Assembly: GCA_964435065.1 (NCBI GenBank) | Contig: CAYSXS010000001.1 | Location: 20,538-84,537 of the forward strand | Direction of reading: 5' to 3' | DNA from: an uncultured Gammaproteobacteria bacterium | Lineage (GTDB): Bacteria; Patescibacteriota; Patescibacteriia; UBA2196 | DNA length: 64,000 nt | Part shown: positions 19,029 through 29,094 of the stretch, piece by piece | How the letters are laid out: each line of letters starts with the position of its first letter | Numbering within the stretch: position 1 is the first letter of the stretch | The notes under the pieces: generated by a model | Seen by the model: the letters and a program-made list of their open reading frames with translations, nothing else | Told to the model about the DNA's origin: nothing | Database searches by the model: none | Made by a program: the position numbers and the translations under genes

Positions 19029-20337
19029 AAATCTATTTAAAATCAACTTTGTTAAAGATGTAGCAACTCTTCAGGTTGGTAAAATTGTATCAATGATATT
19101 GAGTGTGGCTGCTTCAATAGTTTTTGCGCGTGTTTTAAAAATAGAAGGATATGGAATTTATGGGTTGATTTTTTCTTTTGCAGGTATCTTAGGTATTTTA
19201 ATGAGTTGGGGGTCCATACATGCCACAGTAACACTATTATCAAAAGCATATGCTCAAAAAGATAAAATTGAAGTAAAAAATGTTTTATCTTATTTCGTAG
19301 GTTTAAATTTGATTAAGATCTGTACTTTAGGGATAATTTTTTATATATTAGCGCCATGGCTTAGTCAATTATTTTATCATAATATTCAAGTAGGTTTGTT
19401 GGTTAGAGTTATATTACTTGCTAATTATATAGAGATAGTTTTTTCCATGTTCACTGTTGTTTTGCAGGTTAGTCGTCGTATTAAAAAATTAACTTTAATT
19501 GAGACTTTTAAAAAGTTTATGATAAGTATCTTGCCGGCAGGGTTTGTACTTATTGGTTTAGGTCTTTCGGGTTTAGTTCTGGGACATTTTTTAGTAGCAG
19601 TTATCTTTTTATTAATTTCTTTTGGGATTTATTCTATTTATGGTCCACGCGATGCCTTATTGCCAAGTTTTAGAGATATTTTTAAAAACATTTCATTAAA
19701 AATAATTGCTAAGTATTTTAGGTTTGGCTTTGCGGTAGCTATAAATAAAAATCTGGGTAGTTTAATAGCGCATTTACCAATATTTTTACTTGGTTTTTTT
19801 GCTAGCTTAACAGATATTGGTTATTACAAGGTGGCAATGGCATATATTGTTTTGCCGAATATGTTTTTAGGACCTGTAAGTAGATTACTGAATGTACAAT
19901 TACCAAAGTCAATTAATTATAGTAATTCTATTTTTAAACAACATCTTATAAAAACCTCTTTATATTCAGGGTTTACTATGTTGGTAACATCGATTCCGTT
20001 GGTTTTATTATCTTCTTTTTTGATTTCTTTTTTTTATGGAGCAGAATATATGGGAGCAAGTAAATTGGTTTATTATTTAATATCACTAACTATCACATCA
20101 GGGTTTGCTGTTGGGTTTAGTCCGTTTTTCAGAACTGTAAGAAAAATGAAAGTAGCAATAATAATGTCGTTTTGTCAGTTTGCTTTAATTTTATTATCTG
20201 CGATTTTGGCTATATATACATTTAATGTTGATCCATTGATGGCTATAGTAGTGGCTTTAACAGCGGTTAGTTTTTTATTTTTTATTATTAATTGGTTATA
20301 CATTTTAAAATATTTCAAAAAAATTAAATTTACATAA
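19012..20337 (+). CDS. Wzx-like oligosaccharide flippase (MOP/polysaccharide biosynthesis protein family)
   Basis: 441 aa with about 12 TM helices. The N-terminal VGKIVSMILSVAASIVFARVL pattern is typical of Wzx/RfbX. Confidence 0.6.
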   Translation: MIQQTKNLFKINFVKDVATLQVGKIVSMILSVAASIVFARVLKIEGYGIYGLIFSFAGILGILMSWGSIHATVTLLSKAYAQKDKIEVKNVLSYFVGLNLIKICTLGIIFYILAPWLSQLFYHNIQVGLLVRVILLANYIEIVFSMFTVVLQVSRRIKKLTLIETFKKFMISILPAGFVLIGLGLSGLVLGHFLVAVIFLLISFGIYSIYGPRDALLPSFRDIFKNISLKIIAKYFRFGFAVAINKNLGSLIAHLPIFLLGFFASLTDIGYYKVAMAYIVLPNMFLGPVSRLLNVQLPKSINYSNSIFKQHLIKTSLYSGFTMLVTSIPLVLLSSFLISFFYGAEYMGASKLVYYLISLTITSGFAVGFSPFFRTVRKMKVAIIMSFCQFALILLSAILAIYTFNVDPLMAIVVALTAVSFLFFIINWLYILKYFKKIKFT

Positions 20338-20378
20338 AAGTAATTATAGATTGTATATGCACTAAGTATTTATATAAT

Positions 20379-21497
20379 ATGAAAAAAATTAAAGTAGCAT
20401 TTATTTCTGCGGGTTTAGGTTATGTCAATAGAGGAGTAGAAATTAAATACACAGAAATAGTTAAAGAACTTTCACAAAAACCAGATATGGAAATTAGTTT
20501 ATTTGGGTTGGGAAAAGATTTAAAAATTAAAAATGTTGATTTTTTTAAAATTTTTGGGTTTAAAAGAAAGTTTTTTACAAATTTTCCAAAAATCAAAAGA
20601 TTATATTTAAAACGTAATCATGACTATGAATCTTGTTTGTTTTCTATTTTGGTAATTCCATTTTTATTGTTTAAATCTTTTGATATAATTGTCTTTAGTT
20701 CTTTTCCTTTTAATTTGTTAGCATTAAAAATATATAGAAAAATAAGAAATTCAAAGGTTAAATTTGTTTATTTGACAGATGGTGGATCAGCTTTTACTGT
20801 TTCACGTCATGCAGAGGCAGATAAAGTGGTGGCTATAAATCCAGATTATAAAGAACTTTTTGGTAAAAAATTTGATTCGGTTCTAATCCCAAACGGTTTT
20901 AACAAAGAAATATTTTATCCAAGAAAAGATGTTGTACACGAAGATCTTAATTTGCCAAAAGATAAATTTATAATTTTTTCTTCTAGTGCTTTAGATAAGG
21001 TAAAAAGAATTGATTTCTTAATCAAAACTGTTAGTAAAATTCCAGATTCCCATCTTGTTATTGCTGGAAACGGAACAGAAGAAAATAATTTGAAACAAAG
21101 GAGTAAAGAATTAATGAATGAGAGTGTTACTTTTTTAGGATCAATTGATCAAGAAAAATTAGCACAGTATTATTCAATCGCAGATATTTTTGTACTCCCT
21201 TCATTGGTAGAACCATTTGGTATGGTTATTATTGAAGCAATGGCTTGTAAAACACCAGTTATTACAAATGATTCAAATACACAAAAGTGGATTGTTGGAG
21301 ATGGTGGAAGTTGTATTGATATGTCTAGTGAGGATAGATTAATTGAAGAAATTGAAAAATATCAAAATAAAGATTTTAATAAAGATATGGGAGAAAAGGC
21401 ATTCAAAAACGTTCATAATAGGTTTTTATGGAAAACAATAGCAGCAGATTATTACAAAGTTTTTAAAGAATTTAAGCAATTAGATGATTTAACCTAA
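20379..21497 (+). CDS. Glycosyltransferase family 4
   Basis: IFVLPSLVEPFGMVIIEAMACKTPVITND. Confidence 0.75.
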   Translation: MKKIKVAFISAGLGYVNRGVEIKYTEIVKELSQKPDMEISLFGLGKDLKIKNVDFFKIFGFKRKFFTNFPKIKRLYLKRNHDYESCLFSILVIPFLLFKSFDIIVFSSFPFNLLALKIYRKIRNSKVKFVYLTDGGSAFTVSRHAEADKVVAINPDYKELFGKKFDSVLIPNGFNKEIFYPRKDVVHEDLNLPKDKFIIFSSSALDKVKRIDFLIKTVSKIPDSHLVIAGNGTEENNLKQRSKELMNESVTFLGSIDQEKLAQYYSIADIFVLPSLVEPFGMVIIEAMACKTPVITNDSNTQKWIVGDGGSCIDMSSEDRLIEEIEKYQNKDFNKDMGEKAFKNVHNRFLWKTIAADYYKVFKEFKQLDDLT

Positions 21498-21568
21498 TCT
21501 CAAAATAATTATGAGAGAAGATAAAGAAACAAACCTAAAGTATATTAATATTTTATGTTAAAAAAAGG

Positions 21569-21614
21569 AAAACAATCAAGATTTTGTACGGCAGATTTTG
21601 GTGGTGGATAACCA
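21569..21614 (+). promoter_or_regulatory. Conserved ~45-nt upstream element R1, a candidate cis-regulatory site for a methyltransferase gene
   Basis: AAAACAATCAAG...GTACGGCAGATTTTGGTGGTGGATAACCA. A near-identical copy lies at 22512-22556. It contains the inverted repeat TTTGGT-N9-ACCA. Confidence 0.45.
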
Positions 21615-21663
21615 TGGCAGATTTGCAGGCAGTTAAATAAAAACAGATTATAAATAGTGTTTT

Positions 21664-22473
21664 ATGAATAAAGAAAAAGAATTATTCAAATTCTATAATC
21701 AAAATAAAGAGTATTATTCCTTAATAGAAGATAGTCATAAGCAAGATAATACTTTCCCTATACATAAACAAATTATCAGAGGATGTAACAAAAAACAAGG
21801 TTTGATAGTGGATCTTGGTTGTGGGGTTGGTGTTGATATTTTTGGGATGTCAAGTAACGCAAATTTTTGTTTAGGAATGGATATTTCAAGTTTTGCAATC
21901 GCACAAGCGACACAAAACAAAGATCATAACAAAAATATTGAATTTAAGCAGGCGAATTTAGAAAAATTGCCATTAAAGGATAGTAGTGTTGACACCGTGA
22001 CATCTTTTTTTACATTTGAACATTTATTTAATCCAGAAAAAGTTTTGGATGAGGTTGATCGTGTATTGAAAAGTAAAGGTGAATTTTTTTTACTTTGTCC
22101 AAATTACGTTAGTCCGTTTCGGGGAGCACCTATTTTTGGTGGGGTTCATAAGCTAAAGGTCTTGTATAAGATGATGCTTTATTTGTGGCGCATGGTAAAT
22201 GTATCTCTGTTTAGAAAAAAAGATTTTAGAGTCAGGTTGATTGACTCAAATTTGATTGATCTGACAAAAATCGGTGAAGATTGGGACGCTGTCAATGAGC
22301 CTTCGGTCTTCGAATTTGTTCATTATTTTAGACGTAAAGGGTATTCTGTTGATTTTCAAACTTGGCTTTCTCCCGTAAAGAGTGGTGTTGAGAAGTTTTT
22401 TTCATATTTTAAGAAGATATTGGTTATAAAATATTGTGGACCAGTGTGTTATCTTCATGTAGTTAAGAAATAA
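21664..22473 (+). CDS. Class I SAM-dependent methyltransferase
   Basis: VDLGCGVGVDIFGMS (motif I), VDTVTSFFTFEHL. Confidence 0.7.
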   Translation: MNKEKELFKFYNQNKEYYSLIEDSHKQDNTFPIHKQIIRGCNKKQGLIVDLGCGVGVDIFGMSSNANFCLGMDISSFAIAQATQNKDHNKNIEFKQANLEKLPLKDSSVDTVTSFFTFEHLFNPEKVLDEVDRVLKSKGEFFLLCPNYVSPFRGAPIFGGVHKLKVLYKMMLYLWRMVNVSLFRKKDFRVRLIDSNLIDLTKIGEDWDAVNEPSVFEFVHYFRRKGYSVDFQTWLSPVKSGVEKFFSYFKKILVIKYCGPVCYLHVVKK

Positions 22474-22511
22474 TGGAGATTAGTTAATAAATTTTTTATA
22501 TCTAAAAAAAT

Positions 22512-22556
22512 AAACAACCAAGGGTGTATAAGGCAGATTTTGGTGGGGGATAACCA
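22512..22556 (+). promoter_or_regulatory. Conserved upstream element R2, paralogous to R1
   Basis: AAACAACCAAGGGTGTATAAGGCAGATTTTGGTGGGGGATAACCA. Confidence 0.45.
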
Positions 22557-22797
22557 AATAGGATTATTATAAGGTTTTTTAGGAAAAAGGTATAAGGATA
22601 ATGAGTATGCAAAAAACAATGGACAGCAAACAACCAGTAATGTTTTATTGGGAAGAAATAAGCAAAAAGTATTACCAGGTATTTAGAAGTTTTATTAATA
22701 GAAAAAAGAATAGTAATTTAAGGTAATTTAAAATTAATTTTATCAGAATCCGTTTTTAAAGTATTTTTCAAAATCTACAAGAAACTAAAAATTTTAT

Positions 22798-23598
22798 ATG
22801 AAAAAAAGGTTATTACAAACAATTAGAGAACAACTTGAATTAATTTTACCGGTTTTTGTTTTTGATTTAGTATTGAAAATATTTAGAAAACTCAAATTAA
22901 TTTTAAAATCGATTATCCCTGAATCTTTTTTTAAGATAGTTGGTAAAGTAAAACAAAGAATAATGTGTGAGTATGTTAATTTTAGATATAAAAACTATTC
23001 AAGTGATAAATTAGCAAAATTATATAATCAAGATTATCATAAAGTTTATATTAATAATTCTGATGAAATTGAACTTAAAAAATGGCAAGTAGTTGTTATT
23101 AAAAGAGCGATTCCAGAGTTAAAGAAAGTTTTAGTAGCTGGCTGTTCAGGTGGTGAATTAGTAAGAGCATTAAGAAATATAGGAATTGACGCGTATGGAT
23201 TTGATGTTTCACCTGATTTGGATAAAATAGCGATAAGTGAATTGCGAGCATACATTAAACAAGGAAATATTTTAAATATTCCTTTTTCTACAGATGATAA
23301 ATTCGATGCGTTTATAGCTGTTGATATATTTGAGCATATTCCAATGAATCAAGTGAACTATATGGTAAAAGAAATAGCGAGAATTAATGCGAAATATATG
23401 ATTACCATAATTAATCATTTTGACTATATGCATCTTGGTCATATAACTATGAAACCATTGCTATGGTGGCAAAGAAAATTTAGAAATTATTATGAAATAA
23501 ATGAAAATATAAATTTTTCAAGAGAAGAAGTGCCATTGCTTTATTCTATTAATAATGATTCGGAACATAAATTTCTTTTTTGGGAAAGGGTCCAATAA
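22798..23598 (+). CDS. Class I SAM-dependent methyltransferase
   Basis: VLVAGCSGGELVRALRNIGIDAYGFDVSPD (motif I and post-I). Confidence 0.65.
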   Translation: MKKRLLQTIREQLELILPVFVFDLVLKIFRKLKLILKSIIPESFFKIVGKVKQRIMCEYVNFRYKNYSSDKLAKLYNQDYHKVYINNSDEIELKKWQVVVIKRAIPELKKVLVAGCSGGELVRALRNIGIDAYGFDVSPDLDKIAISELRAYIKQGNILNIPFSTDDKFDAFIAVDIFEHIPMNQVNYMVKEIARINAKYMITIINHFDYMHLGHITMKPLLWWQRKFRNYYEINENINFSREEVPLLYSINNDSEHKFLFWERVQ

Positions 23599-23601
23599 TG
23601 C

Positions 23602-24837
23602 ATGTCTAAAGATAATAAACAATTAAAAATTTTGATGTTAACTCATCTTTACTCAAACACATTTCCTGGTGGTGAAACCAGGGCGGCTTGGGAATTTACT
23701 CAAGAGTTGGCTGAAGAGGGTTTAAAAATATATGTAGTAACTACAACAGCTAAAATAGAAAATGTTAAGTTGCATAAAAACATAAAGGTGTATAGGATAC
23801 CTTTTTCAACGCAGTCCAGAAATTTTAGTAAGTTAGATGCTTTTAAAACTTTTTTTTATTCTTTACCAATTATTTTGTTTAAAAGAATTGATATTATTCA
23901 TTTAATCAACACACAAAGCCCGCATCCGTTTGCTTACTTTAAAATAAGACCATATGTTTCTACAGTTGATTTACATTGGAAATATGAGGATAAGAGGTTT
24001 AATAATGATTTAATGTATGATCGTAAACTTAAAAAAGAAGAGTTTGGTTTAGATGAGCAAAAGATGAATTTATTTGATAGGGTTTTAAATAGATTAACTG
24101 TGTATTTTTTTAAATGGTTTAAAATGGGTGAACCTTTGCCTAAAACAGTTGATTTGTGTGCCTATAGACATACAAAATTATTAGAAGGCTTACAACAAAC
24201 AAATCCAGAATCAAGAAAAGTTCATATACCGGTTGGAGCACATACTAATAAGTTTAAACCACAAGACATGCAAGAAAGACATTCAAGCAAAGACACGGTT
24301 TTTTTCTTCGCAGGTACTATTGCAAAAAGAAAAGGTGTGGAGTTTTTGGTTGAAGCTTTTAATTTATTAAATGAAGAAAACGAAGACGTCAAACTATTAT
24401 TGGCTGGGCCAGGTGCACCACAAACAGTTGAATTTATTAAGAATTTGATTAAAAATAAAGACAATGTTAAGCTTTTGGGACAGCTTTCAGCAGATGAATT
24501 AATACATTATTATAACTTAGCAGATGTTTTTGTAGCACCTTCGATCGGAATTGACCTAGGAATTAATAGAGTTGTTATTGAAGCAATGTCTTGTGGAACA
24601 CCAGTTATTATTAATAAAGCTCATGATTCATTGCCTTTGGATGGTAAAACAGGATATTGTGTAGATGGTGGAGATGTTGTTGGTATTAAGGAAGCAATGG
24701 AAAAGTTTATTAAAGATAAAAACTTAATTAAAGAAATGGGTGATAATGCAAGAGAATTTGTTTTAGAGAATCATGGTTGGGGTATTTTAGCTAAAAGATT
24801 AAAAAAATCATATATAGACCTTTTAAAAAATCCATAG
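23602..24837 (+). CDS. Glycosyltransferase family 4
   Basis: VFVAPSIGIDLGINRVVIEAMSCGTPVIINKAHDSLPL. Confidence 0.75.
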   Translation: MSKDNKQLKILMLTHLYSNTFPGGETRAAWEFTQELAEEGLKIYVVTTTAKIENVKLHKNIKVYRIPFSTQSRNFSKLDAFKTFFYSLPIILFKRIDIIHLINTQSPHPFAYFKIRPYVSTVDLHWKYEDKRFNNDLMYDRKLKKEEFGLDEQKMNLFDRVLNRLTVYFFKWFKMGEPLPKTVDLCAYRHTKLLEGLQQTNPESRKVHIPVGAHTNKFKPQDMQERHSSKDTVFFFAGTIAKRKGVEFLVEAFNLLNEENEDVKLLLAGPGAPQTVEFIKNLIKNKDNVKLLGQLSADELIHYYNLADVFVAPSIGIDLGINRVVIEAMSCGTPVIINKAHDSLPLDGKTGYCVDGGDVVGIKEAMEKFIKDKNLIKEMGDNAREFVLENHGWGILAKRLKKSYIDLLKNP

Positions 24838-24852
24838 ACAGAGGAGGAAACA

Positions 24853-26064
24853 ATGTTGAAAGTATTGATTGTCAGTTTGAGGAGTCCTTTTTTGGATTCC
24901 GATAAGGTTTTTCCTCATTTGGCTATATTGTATTTAAAAGCAGTGCTGGATAAGGAAGGAATAGAAAATCAACTTGAGGATAGTTTTGATTTTAATAACC
25001 CTCAAAAATATTCTGGTTTTACTCATTTTGCAATATCTGCTTTATCTTCCCAAATGTTAGAGGCAGATAAAATTCTTGATTTTAAAGAAAAATATTTTCC
25101 AAATATTAAAATAATTTTAGGTGGCCCTGCCTCAACATTCTATTTGGATGAATGTCGAGGGAAATCCTATGATTATTTAGTGGTCGGAGATGGAGAAAAA
25201 GCTATTTTAGAAATTTTATATGATCAAACAGGAAGAATAGTTCAAGACCAAATGACAAGAGATGAAATGAATTTGATGCCAATACCTTTTAGATCAGCAG
25301 AGTTTTTAAATAAGTATGTGTATCATCTTGACAAAGTTCGTGTTACAACTGTGATGACGTCAAGGGGTTGTCCATTTGGATGCGATTTTTGTGAGCACGC
25401 TAGAACAAAAGTTAGGTTATGTACACTAGAGCATATTGAACAAGAGATTATTAATATTAAAGAAATTGGTTTTGGTGGGATTATGTTTTTTGACGATTTG
25501 TTTGCTATGACACTAAAAAGAGTAAAAGATATTGGTCCTATTATTAAAAAACATAACATGATTTTTAGGTGTTTTGGTCATTCTAACACTATGACAGAGG
25601 AAATAGCAGAAACTCTTGCAGACAATGGATGTAAAGAAATAGGTGTTGGGTTTGAAAGTGGTGCACAATCTATTTTGGATGCTGTAAAACACCCAAGAAC
25701 AACTATTGATAAAAATTTAGATTTTGTTAAACTTTGTCATAAGTTTGGTATACGTGTAAAATCTTTTTTTGTTCTAGGTTTGCCCGGCGAAACTGCTGAG
25801 ACAGCCTTGTTAACAGAAAAATTTATCGAAGATTCAGGTGTTGATGATTTTGATTTAGCTGTTTATTATCCTTATCGAGGAACCAGGATAAGAGATAAAA
25901 TGGAAGAATATGATTTAACTTTTGTTGGTAATGGTGAGGAGAATGCAGTTGGTTACTATAAAGGATATGGTGGACATGCAGAAGCCATTATTAACACCTC
26001 TGCTTTATCTGCAGGAGAGATTGTAGCAATAAAAGACAGGATTTTTGAGAAGTATAAGAAATAA
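24853..26064 (+). CDS. Cobalamin-binding (class B) radical SAM enzyme
   Basis: N-terminal B12-binding-like Rossmann domain (IKIILGGPASTF, DYLVVGDGE) followed by the radical SAM CxxxCxxC motif TSRGCPFGCDFCEH. An RBS GAGGAGG precedes the start. Confidence 0.85.
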   Translation: MLKVLIVSLRSPFLDSDKVFPHLAILYLKAVLDKEGIENQLEDSFDFNNPQKYSGFTHFAISALSSQMLEADKILDFKEKYFPNIKIILGGPASTFYLDECRGKSYDYLVVGDGEKAILEILYDQTGRIVQDQMTRDEMNLMPIPFRSAEFLNKYVYHLDKVRVTTVMTSRGCPFGCDFCEHARTKVRLCTLEHIEQEIINIKEIGFGGIMFFDDLFAMTLKRVKDIGPIIKKHNMIFRCFGHSNTMTEEIAETLADNGCKEIGVGFESGAQSILDAVKHPRTTIDKNLDFVKLCHKFGIRVKSFFVLGLPGETAETALLTEKFIEDSGVDDFDLAVYYPYRGTRIRDKMEEYDLTFVGNGEENAVGYYKGYGGHAEAIINTSALSAGEIVAIKDRIFEKYKK

Positions 26065-26076
26065 TAAGTTTATTTG

Positions 26077-26115
26077 TCCCACAATATTCAATTGTGGGGC
26101 ATATTTATTTTCTTG
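26077..26115 (+). terminator. Rho-independent-like terminator
   Basis: CCCACAAT-attca-ATTGTGGG followed by a T-rich tract. Confidence 0.55.
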
Positions 26116-26148
26116 ATTTTATAGTCAAAATCATGGTTTAATTAAGAT

Positions 26149-27237
26149 ATGATAAATATATTAAAAAACATTAAAAACCTATATAGAGCCTATGATAAAA
26201 TGTTAATAGTTCATTTTATTAAACATCTATTTAATAGGTCTTGGCCTCCATATGGTTTAATCCTCTATGTTACTAATAGATGCAACAGCCGTTGCATCAT
26301 GTGTTTTAATTGGAAAATTTTAAATAAAGATTTACAGAATGAATTAACTTTAGAAGAAATAGATAAATTTACAAAAAAAATTGGGAAATTAAAATCAGTT
26401 GGTTTGGGTGGCGGAGAGCCGTCTTTAAGATCTGATTTACCAGAAATTGTTAATTTATTTGTTAAAAACAACAAAGCATCGGTTGTTTTTATTGCTTTTA
26501 ATTCTTTATTACCTGACAGGACTGCAGAACAAGTAGAAGCAATTTTTAAAAAATCACCTGATGTTAGTTTAAAAATTGGTTTATCATTAGATGGGGTAGG
26601 TGATGTTCATGATAAAGTACGTGGTGTTGAAGGTAATTTTGAAAAGTTTTTACAGACATATAAAAAACTGGATGATTTAAAAAAGAAATACCCAAGGTTA
26701 AGAACTAGAATTTGTACTACAGTTTTAAACCAAAATCTTAGTAATATACCAGAATTAATTGAATATGCAAAAGAAAATCTTAAATCAAGTTTTCATGGTT
26801 TAGAATTAGTTAAGGGTAGTGTCCCACAAGCAGACACAAAAGGGTTGGATCTTGAGGAGTATGAGAAAGTAATTAAATCAATTGAAGAAAACGAAAAGGA
26901 TAGTAAAAATATTTATAGAAGGATAATTAATCCACTTTACCAGAAGATGTGTGTTTATGTTTTAAAGCATAAGAAACAGGTCGTACCTTGTAGGATGTCA
27001 AGCTTTATGCCAGTCATTGATGCCCAAGGTAATGTGTATCCTTGTGAGGGTAGAGGAAAAATTGGAAATTTACGTGAAGCAAATTATGATTTAAAAAATA
27101 TTTGGCAATCAGATGGTGCAAAAACTGAAAGAAAGAAAATTAAGCAAGAAAAGTGTTTTTGTACACATTCAGTTTATCAAATTCCAAATGTATATATGAG
27201 TCCTAAAATGTTGTTAAAAATAATTTTTAGTAAATAG
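26149..27237 (+). CDS. Radical SAM enzyme with a C-terminal SPASM/twitch-like Cys-rich domain
   Basis: YVTNRCNSRCIMCFNW (CxxxCxxC), and C-terminal cysteines CRMSSF...YPCEGRG...CFCTHS. Confidence 0.8.
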   Translation: MINILKNIKNLYRAYDKMLIVHFIKHLFNRSWPPYGLILYVTNRCNSRCIMCFNWKILNKDLQNELTLEEIDKFTKKIGKLKSVGLGGGEPSLRSDLPEIVNLFVKNNKASVVFIAFNSLLPDRTAEQVEAIFKKSPDVSLKIGLSLDGVGDVHDKVRGVEGNFEKFLQTYKKLDDLKKKYPRLRTRICTTVLNQNLSNIPELIEYAKENLKSSFHGLELVKGSVPQADTKGLDLEEYEKVIKSIEENEKDSKNIYRRIINPLYQKMCVYVLKHKKQVVPCRMSSFMPVIDAQGNVYPCEGRGKIGNLREANYDLKNIWQSDGAKTERKKIKQEKCFCTHSVYQIPNVYMSPKMLLKIIFSK

Positions 27238-27238
27238 T

Positions 27239-28171
27239 ATGTATTTAAGTGTTGTTATCCCAACTCATAATAGGAAAGATTGTTGTAAAGAAGTTTTGCT
27301 ATCTTTTAATAATCAAAACTTTAAAGATTTTGAAATAGTAGTTATTGATGATGGCTCAAAAGAGTGTATTGAGGACATGATAAATAATTTAGAAGTATCT
27401 TTTCCTATACGTTTTGTTCGTCAAGAAAATTTAGGACAAGGCTCAGCTAGGAATTTAGGCATTAAAAATTCTCAAGGGGAAATAATCTTTTTTATAGACG
27501 ATGATTGTATTCCAGTCGACCCAGATCTCTTAAGAATACACGCAGAAGCCCATAAAAATGCTAATAACAACAAGGCAGTATTTTTGGGCTTAACTATATT
27601 ACATCCATCTATAAAAATTACACCTTTTGTTAAATATATTGATGGTTATCATTTGGCATATGATAAAATAACAGACCCAAATAATGTGCCTCCAGGATGT
27701 TTCTATACAGACAATGTTTCTGTTAGTAAAGAGTTTTTAATTCAATCGGGCATGTTTGATGAAGGGTTTTTCCCTAATGCAGCATATGAGGATGGGGAAT
27801 TAGGTTATCGTTTGCATAAAAATGGTATGAAAATGTCTTTTATTCCTGAAGCAAAAGTATGGCACAATAACCATATAACATTTAAGTCATACCCACATGA
27901 TATGTGGAAAAGAGGTTATTGGTCTGTACGTTTAGCTGAAAAAGTTCCAGAGTTGAAATATAAGACAAATATAAATGAAACAAAGAATATTTTTAAATTA
28001 ATTTTAAAAAGAATCATTTTTAATAAAGTCATTATGAATTTCTGTGTTAAAGTAATAAGTTTTCTTGATAAAAACAATATAAAAATTCCAATAGTTGTTT
28101 ACAGGAAAGTGTTAGATTTTTATAAAATACGAGGAATTAAAGATTATAAAAAAGAAAAAGGATTAATATGA
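27239..28171 (+). CDS. Glycosyltransferase family 2
   Basis: LSVVIPTHNRKDCCKEVLLSF...FEIVVIDDGS... and a DxD region (FIDDDCIP). Confidence 0.8.
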   Translation: MYLSVVIPTHNRKDCCKEVLLSFNNQNFKDFEIVVIDDGSKECIEDMINNLEVSFPIRFVRQENLGQGSARNLGIKNSQGEIIFFIDDDCIPVDPDLLRIHAEAHKNANNNKAVFLGLTILHPSIKITPFVKYIDGYHLAYDKITDPNNVPPGCFYTDNVSVSKEFLIQSGMFDEGFFPNAAYEDGELGYRLHKNGMKMSFIPEAKVWHNNHITFKSYPHDMWKRGYWSVRLAEKVPELKYKTNINETKNIFKLILKRIIFNKVIMNFCVKVISFLDKNNIKIPIVVYRKVLDFYKIRGIKDYKKEKGLI

Positions 28172-29094
28172 ACGATCAGCCTAAAATTTCTATTATCATA
28201 GCAAACTATAATGGGCAAGAGTTTTTGGCTGATTGTTTAGAATCAATTTTAAAATCTGATTATTCAGATTTTGAAGTTATCTTGGTTGATAATAACTCTA
28301 CCGACGATTCAGTAGAAATAATTAGAAATCAATTTCCTCAGGCAAAACTCATTATTAATAAAAAGAACTTAGGTTTTTCTAGAGCTAATAATATTGGTAT
28401 AGAACAGGCAAGCGGGGATGCTTATTTATTAATAAACAATGATACAATAATAAAACCTGATTTAGTTAAAGTTTTAAGCAATGAATTGTTTAGTTCAGAA
28501 AAAATAGGGATTGTTGGCCCAAAGATTTATTTCTTAGAAAAAGGGAAAGATTTAGAAAACCAAAAAACTATTTGGTTTGCTGGTGGTAAAATTGATTGGC
28601 AAAAAGCCAAAAGTTGGCATATTAGTAGAAATAAAGATGATTACAAAGATGAAAAAAAAGAAGTAGATTTTATTACAGGATGTACTTTAATGATAAAAAA
28701 AGAAGTTGTTGAAAAAATTGGGCTACTTGAAAAAAAGTTTTTTGCCTACTATGAAGATGCTGATTGGTGTCAACGAGCAAAAAAAGCAGGTTACAAGGTA
28801 TTATATATACCTTTTGGTGGTGTATGGCATTTAAAGTCAGCTACAGCTAGTCGTCACATTTTTAATAAAAATAGTAGTAAGATAAAGATTGTCTTGGAAT
28901 ATCTTAGTAATCTTAACCGTTTAAAATATAATCAATGGCGTAATCGTTTTATTTTTTATATACGTTGGCAGCCTAGAAAATATTTATTTAGATTTTTAAT
29001 AGATTTTATAATTTTAAAAACACCAATTTTTATTTATTCGATTTTGGTTCTAAGTCCAATTTCTTTAATTAAAATAGTTAAAAATCATTTATGA
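28168..29094 (+). CDS. Glycosyltransferase family 2 with a C-terminal membrane segment
   Basis: ISIIIANYNGQEFLADCLESI...FEVILVDNNSTDDS, and the DxD motif LINNDTII. Confidence 0.8.
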   Translation: MNDQPKISIIIANYNGQEFLADCLESILKSDYSDFEVILVDNNSTDDSVEIIRNQFPQAKLIINKKNLGFSRANNIGIEQASGDAYLLINNDTIIKPDLVKVLSNELFSSEKIGIVGPKIYFLEKGKDLENQKTIWFAGGKIDWQKAKSWHISRNKDDYKDEKKEVDFITGCTLMIKKEVVEKIGLLEKKFFAYYEDADWCQRAKKAGYKVLYIPFGGVWHLKSATASRHIFNKNSSKIKIVLEYLSNLNRLKYNQWRNRFIFYIRWQPRKYLFRFLIDFIILKTPIFIYSILVLSPISLIKIVKNHL

